Part shown: in pieces, positions 8,817 through 17,798 of the stretch
How positions within the stretch are numbered: the stretch's first letter is position 1
Layout of the letters: the number at the start of each line of letters is the position of its first letter
Virus record (IMG/VR): IMGVR_UViG_2526164667_000029
DNA: 36,097 nt
Source of the DNA: a virus
Taxonomy: Duplodnaviria; Heunggongvirae; Uroviricota; Caudoviricetes
Direction: 5' to 3' (one strand)
The notes under the pieces: model-generated
The model's database searches: none
What the model was told of the DNA's origin: nothing
Seen by the model: the letters and a program-made list of their open reading frames with translations, nothing else
Translations under genes and position numbers: made by a program

Positions 8817-9001
8817 CATCTGAAGAACAAAAGATAGCCCAACTTTTAGGCGACGCATGGAACCTGTATTTAACATTGCCAGTTGAGCATCCAATGGGTA
8901 GAGATGAATTTTGCCGGGCAATTCATCATTGCCAAAATATGATGTTGGCACGCCCGGCCATCAGGACGCTGGCCAGGAAGGGGCAAGGCTATAAAAGATA
9001 A
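8810..9001 (+). CDS. Hypothetical small protein (63 aa) in the tin/old-position hotspot
   Basis: Six-frame ORF with a non-ATG start, overlapping the previous ORF's end; could be a separate gene or a frameshifted continuation. Confidence 0.3.
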   Translation: MLTSEEQKIAQLLGDAWNLYLTLPVEHPMGRDEFCRAIHHCQNMMLARPAIRTLARKGQGYKR

Positions 9002-9004
9002 GTA

Positions 9005-9030
9005 AAACGCCCTCCTCCATGGCGTTTATT
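9005..9030 (+). terminator. Candidate intrinsic terminator after the early/partition operon
   Basis: Stem aaacgcc / ggcgttt with 9-nt loop, followed by tttattt. Confidence 0.45.
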
Positions 9031-9034
9031 TCAA

Positions 9035-9061
9035 TGCACAATAGTGCACAAATTTGCACAA
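9035..9061. repeat. Three direct TGCACAA repeats at 10-bp spacing
   Basis: TGCACAA at about 9035, 9045 and 9055, one helical turn apart, inside the cos-position intergenic region. Confidence 0.4.
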
Positions 9062-9433
9062 TTTTTTTGAACGACTTTTTGCCCTTCCGGCCCGCGTTGC
9101 GGCTGGATCCGTCAAGGATCCGTGCGTGCACAAAAAAACGCGCTTTTTCTGCGCGCAGGTGACGGGGGAACAGCCCGCGTTTCAGGGGGTAAATAGCATT
9201 CCCTGAACGATGTCGCAGAGACACAACAGAATGGCTGTATTTCTCACGCTGAGCATGAAAAATACGTGAGGGATTCTGATTTGATGGGGTGAAAGGTAAG
9301 GCCGTCAAAATCGCACTGAGGCGGCGAAGAACATGCAGTCAACGCGGTGGGATTGCGTAAGAGTCTGACCGCCGATGATGGCAATAAGCAGAAAAGCGTC
9401 GTGAAATTATCTGATTGATACAGGAGCTGGAGA

Positions 9434-9462
9434 GCCGGGGCATAAATTTTTTATGCCCCGGC
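9434..9462. terminator. Perfect 13-bp inverted repeat stem-loop just downstream of Q
   Basis: GCCGGGGCATAAA-ttt-TTTATGCCCCGGC located about 25 nt past the Q stop on the minus strand. Confidence 0.5.
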
Positions 9463-9486
9463 GAAGCAGCAGACAAGCGAAGCGCG

Positions 9487-10518
9487 TCAGGATGTGGGCT
9501 GGGTATCTAACAGTGCGTAAGGGTTAAAGCGGATCACCTCTTCGCCAAGCCAGTCATTGATGTGCTTCATGGCCTCCATGACGGGCATCAGCTCGTTAAT
9601 TGCGTAAACCCGCGCGGCCTTCTCCACATCACCAAACGCACTTTTTTCACCCGGCATCGCCCCCATCAGTTGCGGCGGAACGCGGTGCGCAGCCAGCACA
9701 TCATCACGGGATGCCGCCTTAACATTCATGAACTCATCCTTTGCGGTGATCTGCTGGAACGGCAAAATTTGCACCCCCTCTTTGCCCCCGTTGGGCGCAT
9801 GAATGAGCACGTTTTTAAACGCACCGCCACCACGTGCACCCTGTAGCGTTTCTTTCAGGGAGTCCATGCTTTCGCGGTTTACCTGCGCTGCACCGATGTA
9901 GATGATGCACCCGGCGTGGGATCCGTTGTCGTAATACAGTTTTCTGAACATGTCCGCCGAATGAGACAGGCTGGCCGAGAGTAATGCGCCGAGATATTCC
10001 GGCATGCCGTAGATTTCCTGGTTAATGTCAGGATTCATCAGGTGGCACACTTTGCCAGGGCGAAACTGGAACGCATCCTTGCCATCCTGCACATACCACC
10101 ATGATTCAAGATCGCTACCGCGTCGCATGTATTTCGCCAGGGCGTGCCGTAATTTAAGCGGTTCGCCGAGCATATTGCTTCGAAGCTCAAGGAATGCGTT
10201 ACCGAACACAAACCAGTCCAGCGCCAGCGCCGAGAAATCCTGCCGGGAAAGCAGCGGGTGCGGGATGTAGCAACCGAGTAATACATTGCGCTTAAAGTAA
10301 AGCGCAGACTGATGCCAGGACGTTTGCCGGGCAGCTCTTGCCAGACCGTACCAGTCCACCGGGGTTTCATACCACCGCCCGTTATCAGCACAGTACATAT
10401 TGTCCAGCAGGTCATGCCCGGTCAGGCGATAAGGACCATCAACCACCAGGAACAGCCGGAGGAACCACCACGGACACAGCGCCGCTGTCGCCGTTGCCAC
10501 TGCTGCCGTTTGCGTCAT
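9487..10518 (-). CDS. Q: Portal protein (P2 gpQ-like)
   Basis: 343 aa from the ATG at 10518 (ORF open to 10608); conserved blocks RWYETPV..GLARA, VLAAHRVPPQLMG and NDWLGEEVIRF resemble P2 gpQ as I remember it. Confidence 0.85.
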   Translation of the reverse strand: MTQTAAVATATAALCPWWFLRLFLVVDGPYRLTGHDLLDNMYCADNGRWYETPVDWYGLARAARQTSWHQSALYFKRNVLLGCYIPHPLLSRQDFSALALDWFVFGNAFLELRSNMLGEPLKLRHALAKYMRRGSDLESWWYVQDGKDAFQFRPGKVCHLMNPDINQEIYGMPEYLGALLSASLSHSADMFRKLYYDNGSHAGCIIYIGAAQVNRESMDSLKETLQGARGGGAFKNVLIHAPNGGKEGVQILPFQQITAKDEFMNVKAASRDDVLAAHRVPPQLMGAMPGEKSAFGDVEKAARVYAINELMPVMEAMKHINDWLGEEVIRFNPYALLDTQPTS

Positions 10519-11737
10519 ACCCAATCCATACCGGACGATTCCCCATCGGGCGGGGAGCAAAAGGTTTCCAGTCTTTCCAGTCGTCGTATCCGTCAACGCC
10601 ACAGCCAATCAGGATATTCAGGTTAAATGCCGATTCCCCTTCGCGGACAAACTCACACATATAGAGATTGAGGAACTCGTCTTCGGTGTTTTCATCACGA
10701 ATTTCATCAATATCGGTGTGTTTCCAGCCGTGATTAACCACATCTTCCAGCGTGACAATTTGCCGCCACGTCCGGTCAGGGCAGATAAGCCCGTTATGCA
10801 GCGTTTTCCAGTCCACAGAAAAACGCTGGCGTTTATGCGAGGCCTTTTTCTCGTTCCAGCGGTCGCCGTTCCAGTAGGCGTATGCCTCGTGCGTTTCGGT
10901 GGATGGCGTGGAGAAGTAGGTGCGCCGCAGTCCGCTGAGGGTTGCCATAGCGCCAGCCACCTTGCGCAGTTCAGCAAAGCGACTGACCCAGAAAAATTCA
11001 TCAAAATAAAAATTGCCCGTATAGGACTGTGCCGACGCAGCAGAAGTGCCGAGAAAATGCAGCTCTGCGCCGTTGGAGAGGATGATTTTATCGCCCCCTT
11101 TCAGCTCCACATCAACTTCAGCCGCGGCCTTCTGAATAATGCTTTTAAACTGGAACGCCTGACGACGCGACGCAGACAAAAAAATCTGGTTACGCTGGTA
11201 AGGTTGCGCCACATCGTCACGCAGCGCCATCAGCAGTGCTTCCTGTGCAAAATACCAGGTCGCCCCAATCTGTCGGGATTTCAGGATCATCCTGTTACGT
11301 ATCCCGGCTTCCCTGCAAAGGGTCAGGGAGTCAAACCAGCTCCGCTGATGCCACTCCAGCCTGCTGATGATTTTTTCCCGCAGTGCGGCAATCTGTTCCG
11401 GCGTGAAATGATTTTTGAGTTTTTTCGCCCGGCCTTTCTTTCCTGCGGCCATCACATCCGGCTGGCCATCATGCAGCTTTTTAAGCTGCCGTGTCAGCAG
11501 GTCTATTTCCTTAAAGTCACCGCCTGTTTTATTCTGTTTTTCAGTAAGCTGGATGAGGCGCGCATCGATGGACTGCGTGACACGCTGCACGGGTGGCGTT
11601 TCATCCCACTGGTCGCGTTTTTTCCACGCATAAATCGTGTTCGGGTTTATTCCCATCAGACGTGATATTTCTGCGGGCGGATAACCCTGCCAGTAAAGTT
11701 GCCGCGCACGCTGGCGCACAAAAGCGTCCTGAATCAT
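10439..11737 (-). CDS. P: Terminase large (ATPase) subunit, P2 gpP-like, apparently C-terminally truncated
   Basis: 432 aa with N-terminal HTH-like region, Walker A-like ILKSRQIGATWYF and Walker B-like NFYFDEFFW; ORF ends right after a nuclease-domain-like start VWIGYDANGSSGNGDSGAVSVVVPP and overlaps Q by about 80 nt. Confidence 0.8.
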   Translation of the reverse strand: MIQDAFVRQRARQLYWQGYPPAEISRLMGINPNTIYAWKKRDQWDETPPVQRVTQSIDARLIQLTEKQNKTGGDFKEIDLLTRQLKKLHDGQPDVMAAGKKGRAKKLKNHFTPEQIAALREKIISRLEWHQRSWFDSLTLCREAGIRNRMILKSRQIGATWYFAQEALLMALRDDVAQPYQRNQIFLSASRRQAFQFKSIIQKAAAEVDVELKGGDKIILSNGAELHFLGTSAASAQSYTGNFYFDEFFWVSRFAELRKVAGAMATLSGLRRTYFSTPSTETHEAYAYWNGDRWNEKKASHKRQRFSVDWKTLHNGLICPDRTWRQIVTLEDVVNHGWKHTDIDEIRDENTEDEFLNLYMCEFVREGESAFNLNILIGCGVDGYDDWKDWKPFAPRPMGNRPVWIGYDANGSSGNGDSGAVSVVVPPAVPGG

Positions 11738-11891
11738 TGCTCCCCCTGAGTAATTACAGGAAGATTACCCGCGCGCGAAACCGTTCTCCTTAACCCCCTG
11801 TTCTGGCCGTTTTCTTACAACAAAAGCCCTTTGTATCAGCCTGTTACGCTTTGCCATCATGACTGAAGAACCAGTCAGAGGGGCAAAAACT

Positions 11892-12728
11892 ATGGCTAAT
11901 GAAAAAAAGACATCCCGCAAAAAGTTTCGCGTGGCTGTCTCCGGAGCAACTGTTGATGGCCGCGAAATCAGTCCGGTGCATCTGCGTGAAGCCGCCGAGA
12001 ACTTCAACCCGGATGTTTACGCCGCCCGCGTGAACGTTGAGCACTATCTCTCGCCATGCCCGTCAAGCGAATTTTCCGCAATGGGTGATGTCACCGCACT
12101 GAGTACGGAAGATATTACGGAAGGCCCGCTGGCCGGACGTACTGCGCTGTATGCAGAAATTGAACCGACCGAGCGCATGAAGCAGCTTGTCGCGGACGGC
12201 AAGAAAATCTATTCCAGTATCGAACTGCACCCGCAGTTCTCCGTTAACGGGCGCGCCTATCTGGTCGGGCTGGCGATGACCGACACCCCGGCAAGCCTGG
12301 GCACTGAGCGCCTGAAATTCACGGCACAGCAACGTCAGGCGGTGATGACGTTCAACAGTATCCAGGGTGAAGCACCGCTTATCTCCGAAGCCATCGAGTC
12401 TGAAATCATCGAAATGGCAGAACAACGCCAGGAAGAAGGCACCCAGTGGTTTAACCGCGTAATGGGGATTATTGGCCGTGGCCGCAAAGCGGATGACGCC
12501 AGTTTTTCCCGCATTCAGGAAGCGGTGGAAGGCGTCGCAACGTCACAGGCCGACATTATCGACCGTTTTAATGCACTGGAAACCCGCCATCAGCAGGACC
12601 GCCAGAAAATCACTTCACTGACCACAGAGCTGGCAGCACTGAAGGAAAAACTGCGCACGCAGGACGGCGATCCGCAGAACCGGTTCACCGCAACGGGCGC
12701 AGCCTCCGACCAGCTGGCTGACTTCTGA
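11892..12728 (+). CDS. O: Capsid scaffolding protein (P2 gpO-like)
   Basis: MANEKKTSRKKFRV..VDGREISP..NVEHY..AYLVGLAMTDTPASLGTERLKF resembles P2 gpO; ORF track starts at 11859 with a non-ATG codon, ATG at 11892 preferred. Confidence 0.85.
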   Translation: MANEKKTSRKKFRVAVSGATVDGREISPVHLREAAENFNPDVYAARVNVEHYLSPCPSSEFSAMGDVTALSTEDITEGPLAGRTALYAEIEPTERMKQLVADGKKIYSSIELHPQFSVNGRAYLVGLAMTDTPASLGTERLKFTAQQRQAVMTFNSIQGEAPLISEAIESEIIEMAEQRQEEGTQWFNRVMGIIGRGRKADDASFSRIQEAVEGVATSQADIIDRFNALETRHQQDRQKITSLTTELAALKEKLRTQDGDPQNRFTATGAASDQLADF

Positions 12729-12751
12729 TAAGACAAAGGAGCAAATTTTTT

Positions 12752-13804
12752 ATGAATCTGGTGATGTCAGATATTACCCGCAACAAGCTGGGTTGCTATA
12801 TGGCGCAGCAGGCGTCGCTTAACAATATCCCGGTATCTGCACTGGTATCGCGATTTACCGTGGAACCCGCGGTGCAGCAGCGTTTTGAAAACGCCTCAAA
12901 GGAAAGTACCGAATTTACGAAAAGAATTAACGTGATCGGCGTGACCGACCAGAAAGGCGAAAAAATCCTCCTGGATACCACAGGACCAATTGCGCGCACG
13001 AATACCAGTTATGACGGAACAAAACGCCGTAACCCGAATAATGTGGTTGATCTGAAAAACCGCAAATACCAGTGCGAACAGGTGAACTACGACACGTTTA
13101 TTTCGTATCCGCAGCTTGATGCCTGGTCGGCACACCCTGATTTTCAGTCCCGCATCAGCGCACAGATTGCCCGACAGGTGGCGCTTGACCGCATCATGAT
13201 CGGTTTCAACGGCACGTCTCACGCGGATGAGTCCAACTTCAGCACCAACAAGCTGCTTCAGGACGTTAACGTGGGCTGGCTGGAGCACATCAGAACCGAC
13301 GCCAGCGAACGCGTTATGAATGACGTGACGCTGACCTCCCGCAACATGGACAACACCGTGGCACACGCGGGTAAGTATGCGAACGCTGATGCACTGGTAC
13401 AGGACGCGCGTTCATCCCTGCTGGATGAATGGCACAAGGAAGCTGACGACCTCGTGGTGATTATGGGGCGCAACCTGTTTAACTCGCTGCGTCTGCCCGT
13501 GCTGAACAGCATCAGCGGCCAGAATCCCAATGCGGAATTACTTGCCGGGCAGCTCATCCTGTCATCGCGCACCATTGGCGGGCTGGGCGTGTTCCTTGCG
13601 CCGTTCTTCCCGGATGCAACGATGCTGATCACCTCGTTCAACAACCTGTCGATTTACTGGCAGAAAGGTTCAATGCGTCGTCTGATGAAAGACGAACCGG
13701 AATACAACCGCATCGCCACCTATCAGTCCATCAATGACGCTTATGTCGTTGAAGACTATGGCAAGTGCGCGATGGTCACTGGCCTGAAGTTCGCCGACAG
13801 CTAA
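12752..13804 (+). CDS. N: Major capsid protein (P2 gpN-like)
   Basis: FTVEP, KYQCEQVNYDTF, GFNG, DLVVIMGRNL, MLITSFNNLSIYWQ and YVVEDYG blocks match remembered P2 gpN. Confidence 0.9.
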   Translation: MNLVMSDITRNKLGCYMAQQASLNNIPVSALVSRFTVEPAVQQRFENASKESTEFTKRINVIGVTDQKGEKILLDTTGPIARTNTSYDGTKRRNPNNVVDLKNRKYQCEQVNYDTFISYPQLDAWSAHPDFQSRISAQIARQVALDRIMIGFNGTSHADESNFSTNKLLQDVNVGWLEHIRTDASERVMNDVTLTSRNMDNTVAHAGKYANADALVQDARSSLLDEWHKEADDLVVIMGRNLFNSLRLPVLNSISGQNPNAELLAGQLILSSRTIGGLGVFLAPFFPDATMLITSFNNLSIYWQKGSMRRLMKDEPEYNRIATYQSINDAYVVEDYGKCAMVTGLKFADS

Positions 13805-13849
13805 TCAACTCACGGCGGGCATCATGCCCGCCTGTAACGGAGAGAAAAA

Positions 13850-14650
13850 ATGATTACTCCTGCACAGCAACACTGGCAGAACGTGATGGCACAGCGCGCA
13901 GGCCGGGCGAATGAAGGCGTGGACCACGCCGCGCGTACCGCGCATGAAGAGGTGCTGTATCGCCTGCGTCTGGCACAGGCCCGGCTTAAGGGCGTACAGG
14001 CCAGAAGCGCGAAAGCCGCCATCAAAAAAGAGTTGTTGCCGGACTTTTCCGGCTGGATTGAGGGAACGCTGGAGGCTGACGGCGGGCAGCAGGATGAAGT
14101 GATTGCCACGCTGATGGTGTGGGCGATTGACTGCGGCGATCTTCCGCTGGCGCTGCGTATTGGTGCGTATGTGGTCCGTCACAACCTCATTATGCCGGAT
14201 AACTTTGGCCGTACTGCTGCCACGGTACTGACCGAAGAAATCTGCAACCCGGTACTGACGCAGGCCGGGACGGATGCCGACGCGGATTTATCCGCCTTTA
14301 TCGAACCACTGGATACCCTCCGGGAGATTGTCACCGACCAGGACATGCCGGACGAAGTGCGCGCCAAATTATGCAAAGCGTGCGCCTTTGCCCGCCGTGG
14401 CCTGAGTGATGCGGACAGCATGGCCCTGTCACTGAAGCTGCTGCGCGAAGCAATGCACCTGAACCCGAACGCAGGTGTGAAACGCGAGATTGCAACCCTT
14501 TCCCGCGCCCTGAAAAAAGCCGATTCCGCAGCCGCACCAGAAGACGCCAGCGCACAGCAGGCGCAGGACGAAAGCAGCAAAAGTAAAAAGACAACGCGGA
14601 AGCCTGCAACACGAAAAACCACCGCGACGCAGAAGGCGAAGCGCGGTTAA
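13850..14650 (+). CDS. M: Terminase small (endonuclease) subunit, P2 gpM-like
   Basis: 266 aa ORF at the gpM position after N; basic C-terminal tail. Confidence 0.75.
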   Translation: MITPAQQHWQNVMAQRAGRANEGVDHAARTAHEEVLYRLRLAQARLKGVQARSAKAAIKKELLPDFSGWIEGTLEADGGQQDEVIATLMVWAIDCGDLPLALRIGAYVVRHNLIMPDNFGRTAATVLTEEICNPVLTQAGTDADADLSAFIEPLDTLREIVTDQDMPDEVRAKLCKACAFARRGLSDADSMALSLKLLREAMHLNPNAGVKREIATLSRALKKADSAAAPEDASAQQAQDESSKSKKTTRKPATRKTTATQKAKRG

Positions 14651-14751
14651 CGACTGACCCCGTCAGCGGGCGGCGTGCGCGGTGTTCCGGTTTGACTCCG
14701 TGACCGTTTACACCGCGCACCCACCGCCCGATTTTTTCAGGAGTGAACCCC

Positions 14752-15246
14752 ATGAGTATGGTTGCCAGAACCAACCCCGGACCCGCAGAGGACGACATCA
14801 CCGATACCGATGATGGTGATACCCGTATTTCAGCGGGTGCATTCTGGCCGGATATTGTGCTGCGTGAACTGCGTCTGGCGGTACGACTGCCGGGGCGCGT
14901 GACCACCTCCCGCCTGCTGCATACCGCCACCGGAGCTGTGGCACACGTTACCCGCGAGCTGGAAGCATGGCAGAAGGAACAGCAGGCAGCTGGCCATCAG
15001 ACGCTGGCCGATGTTCCGGCACCCGTAATTAACGGAGAAAGCGTCAATCTCTGGCACTGGCGCAATGCGGTTTACACCGCCACACGCGCCCTGATTCTGG
15101 AGCGTTACCGCGATGCGGACACAACGGACAAGGGCGACCGCCGGGCGGACGCACTGGATATACAGACATCGGATTTGTGGCGCGATGTGAGCTGGGCCAT
15201 CTCTGACATTCTGTGCCGCCCGCGAATCTTTGCGGAGCTGTGCTGA
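14752..15246 (+). CDS. L: Head completion/stabilisation protein (P2 gpL-like)
   Basis: Position and size (about 164 aa); ATG at 14752 with aggag about 9 nt upstream; stop overlaps the X start. Confidence 0.8.
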   Translation: MSMVARTNPGPAEDDITDTDDGDTRISAGAFWPDIVLRELRLAVRLPGRVTTSRLLHTATGAVAHVTRELEAWQKEQQAAGHQTLADVPAPVINGESVNLWHWRNAVYTATRALILERYRDADTTDKGDRRADALDIQTSDLWRDVSWAISDILCRPRIFAELC

Positions 15247-15446
15247 TGAAAGTGAAGGCACTGGAAGGCGACACCGTGGATTCGCTCTGTTTCCGGTACT
15301 ACGGCACGACGCAGGGCGTCACCGAAAAGGTGCTGGATGCCAACCCCGGACTCTGTCAGCAGGTATTTCTGGACGCCGGGCAGGAAGTGGAGATGCCGGA
15401 GCCGGAGAAGAAGAAACGAGAAATGATTCAGTTGTGGGGGGAGTAG
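15246..15446 (+). CDS. X: Tail protein X (LysM-like)
   Basis: MKVKALEGDTVDSLCFRYYGTTQGVTEKVLDANPGL resembles P2 gpX; start overlaps the L stop (tgATGa). Confidence 0.75.
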   Translation: MKVKALEGDTVDSLCFRYYGTTQGVTEKVLDANPGLCQQVFLDAGQEVEMPEPEKKKREMIQLWGE

Positions 15447-15448
15447 CA

Positions 15449-15772
15449 GTGAGCACCATTCAAACAGGGATCACAGAGCAGGTTATTGCGTGGCTCTTTG
15501 ACCACCTGCCAACGGTGTATGCAGTAGGCGCGGCGGTCAGCATTTCCGCGCTGATGAGTCTTTATGACGGACGAACACTGGTTCAGACCGTAACGGGATC
15601 GCTGGCGTGCGGCGTTCTTGCCATGGCCGTGGCCGGGTCGTTGCGCTTCTTCGGGTTTCCTGAAGATGCCGTGACGTTTATCGGCGCATCAATCGGTTTT
15701 ATGGGTGCAGAGAAAGCACGCGACAAGGTTATTGCGGCCTTTAATCGCAGGGTGAAGGAGAAGGACGAATGA
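15449..15772 (+). CDS. Y: Holin (gpY position)
   Basis: About 107 aa from a GTG at 15449; two or three hydrophobic segments and a charged C-terminus; directly precedes the endolysin. Confidence 0.6.
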   Translation: MSTIQTGITEQVIAWLFDHLPTVYAVGAAVSISALMSLYDGRTLVQTVTGSLACGVLAMAVAGSLRFFGFPEDAVTFIGASIGFMGAEKARDKVIAAFNRRVKEKDE

Positions 15773-16161
15773 GCAACACATTTAAATTCAGCAGCCGGAG
15801 CGAAAAGAATTTGCAGGGCGTAAATCCTGATCTGGTGAAAGTGACCCGACGGGCACTGGAAATTTCGGAAGTGGATTTTGGTATCACCGAAGGGTTGCGC
15901 AGCCGTTACCGCCAGAAGCAACTTGTGGCCACAGGTAAGAGCCAGACCATGAACAGCCGCCACCTTACGGGACATGCCGTGGATGTTGTGGCTTATATCG
16001 GCAGCCAGGTGTCATGGGAATGGCCGCTGTACGAAAAAATCGCAGCAGCATTCAGACAGGCCAGCCGGGAACTGAATATTCCGGTGGAATGGGGCGGCGA
16101 CTGGAAGACCCTGAAAGACGGACCACATTTTCAGTTACCACACGGAGCCTATCCGGCATGA
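15769..16161 (+). CDS. Endolysin, peptidase M15-type (L-alanyl-D-glutamate endopeptidase family)
   Basis: 130 aa with SRH..GHAVD and WGGDW..DGPHFQL motifs typical of M15 zinc peptidases; not the lysozyme-type P2 gpK. Confidence 0.8.
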   Translation: MSNTFKFSSRSEKNLQGVNPDLVKVTRRALEISEVDFGITEGLRSRYRQKQLVATGKSQTMNSRHLTGHAVDVVAYIGSQVSWEWPLYEKIAAAFRQASRELNIPVEWGGDWKTLKDGPHFQLPHGAYPA

Positions 16162-16565
16162 AGCTCTGGCCCACGCTGGGCGTCGCTTTCCTTCTGATTG
16201 CCGCATGGGGAACATCCATGCGTCTGTCATGGTCGCTTGGCCGGGAGAACGCCAGAAACGAAGCACAGGCCAGCACCCTGAAAAGTACCGTCGACACACT
16301 GAATATCATCAGTGCCGGGGTACAGGATATGCAGCAGGTGCTGGCGCAACTCCGCGTGGAAAATCAACAGCGAAATCAGGACGGAGAGGCCAGACGTGAA
16401 CAGCTACGCAACGATATTGCAAAAGATGAATGCGCCCACGCTTTGCCTGACGCTCGTTTTACTGACAGGTTGCGCAGGCACGCAGAACGCGCCACGGCCA
16501 GCGCCGTCAGTCCGGCTTATACCGCAGACGCTGACCATGCCGGTAACGCCTCCCCCCTTCCCTGA
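16158..16565 (+). CDS. lysB: i-spanin (LysB/Rz-like)
   Basis: N-terminal transmembrane segment MKLWPTLGVAFLLIAAWG then a coiled-coil-like charged region; start overlaps the endolysin stop. Confidence 0.7.
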   Translation: MKLWPTLGVAFLLIAAWGTSMRLSWSLGRENARNEAQASTLKSTVDTLNIISAGVQDMQQVLAQLRVENQQRNQDGEARREQLRNDIAKDECAHALPDARFTDRLRRHAERATASAVSPAYTADADHAGNASPLP

Positions 16566-16716
16566 CCAACCCACATGGGGAAACCTCGGAATATGGGGCG
16601 ACCGCCTTCTGGATGCACTGGAAACCTGTAACGCGGATAAACGGGCCATTGAATTACTGGAACAGCGCAGGCTGCAACGACTGAACAACGAGGACAACAA
16701 CCATGCTGAAAACTGA
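16426..16716 (+). CDS. lysC: o-spanin lipoprotein (LysC/Rz1-like)
   Basis: Lipobox LLTGC in MNAPTLCLTLVLLTGCAG; Pro-rich; starts inside lysB in another frame and extends beyond it, as in P2 lysB/lysC. Confidence 0.7.
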   Translation: MNAPTLCLTLVLLTGCAGTQNAPRPAPSVRLIPQTLTMPVTPPPFPDQPTWGNLGIWGDRLLDALETCNADKRAIELLEQRRLQRLNNEDNNHAEN

Positions 16717-17170
16717 TTCCCTGCGTGAAGCCATGACCCGTTCATGCCGATGGTGTCAGGCCAACCCGGAAAAATTCACCATTTTCGTGGAGAGCGGCAA
16801 CATTGAAACGACCGGAGAAACCCCATCGTTTGTTTACCGCTATCAGATGGTGATGTTTGTCATGGATTACGCCGGGGAGCTGGACGACCTCACGCTGCCG
16901 CTGCTGGCGTGGTTATCCGAAAATCAGCCACAGTTGTTGCTCAACCCTGAGCGTAATCAGGACATCAAATTTTCCGCCGTTATCAATGACGATGACAGCG
17001 CCGATCTCCTGTTTACGCTCCCCCTGCGGGAACGCGTTCGCATCACGCGCAGCAGTCAGGGCACACCGCAGGCAGAACACCTGCCGGAGCCAAAACCCCG
17101 CCTGCCATCTTCCGAAGGCGACTGGTCGCATGTATTCCAGGATGTGACGTGGGGTGAAAGCGATGGATAA
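16703..17170 (+). CDS. R: Tail completion protein (P2 gpR-like)
   Basis: 155 aa, same length as P2 gpR and in the same position. Confidence 0.8.
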   Translation: MLKTDSLREAMTRSCRWCQANPEKFTIFVESGNIETTGETPSFVYRYQMVMFVMDYAGELDDLTLPLLAWLSENQPQLLLNPERNQDIKFSAVINDDDSADLLFTLPLRERVRITRSSQGTPQAEHLPEPKPRLPSSEGDWSHVFQDVTWGESDG

Positions 17171-17798
17171 GGCATTCACCCGCGTGGATGAAACCTTTGA
17201 GGCCATCCGCGACAGCCTGAATCAGCAGGCCATCAATAACATCGCCAGAAAGCTGGCACAGGATTTACGCCGCGCCCAGCAGGCGCGCATCCGGTCACAG
17301 AAAGCGCCAGACGGGACCGCATGGACACCACGCAGACGCCGCGTAACCCGGATACAGGAACGCATTCGCTTTATCTGGAATAACGAAGCACGCACGCTGA
17401 AAAACTGGCATCACGACACGGGGAAATACGGGCGAACCATTACCGGGTGGGATGAGGATAAAAACAATATCCGCACGTTTTACCGGGATGACATCGACCG
17501 TTTTCTGGAAATACGCACCCGGCGCATCAACCAGGACAGCACAAAGCGCGTCCCCATGTTCGTAAAACTGCGCACCGCCCGCTACCTGAAAGCCCGTGCA
17601 GATGCTTCCGGTGTGACGGTGGGTTACAGCGGCGTGTCCGCACGTATTGCACGCGTTCATCAGTTTGGTGAGCGCGATCAGGTTGCGCCGGGCATTTTCA
17701 CCGATTACCCGGTACGTGAGCTGTTGGGTATCAGCCAGGCAGATGAGCGCCTGATTTATAACACGGTGCTGGGCCGGATTGCGGAGGCTGTACGGTGA
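17163..17798 (+). CDS. S: Tail completion protein (P2 gpS-like)
   Basis: Position after R; start MDKAFTRVD at 17163. Confidence 0.75.
   Translation: MDKAFTRVDETFEAIRDSLNQQAINNIARKLAQDLRRAQQARIRSQKAPDGTAWTPRRRRVTRIQERIRFIWNNEARTLKNWHHDTGKYGRTITGWDEDKNNIRTFYRDDIDRFLEIRTRRINQDSTKRVPMFVKLRTARYLKARADASGVTVGYSGVSARIARVHQFGERDQVAPGIFTDYPVRELLGISQADERLIYNTVLGRIAEAVR

Noticed and set aside
8961-9308. 115-aa minus-strand ORF in the cos-position intergenic region
   Set aside because: No RBS context or motifs; it overlaps the terminator and repeat structures and is more likely noncoding.
10718-11665. 315-aa plus-strand ORF
   Set aside because: Lies antisense inside the terminase P gene; shadow ORF.
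12896-13366. 156-aa minus-strand ORF
   Set aside because: Antisense within the major capsid gene N.
15230-15448. N-terminal part of the ORF-track entry 15230-15772
   Set aside because: It overlaps X in another frame; the holin more plausibly starts at the GTG near 15449 just after the X stop.
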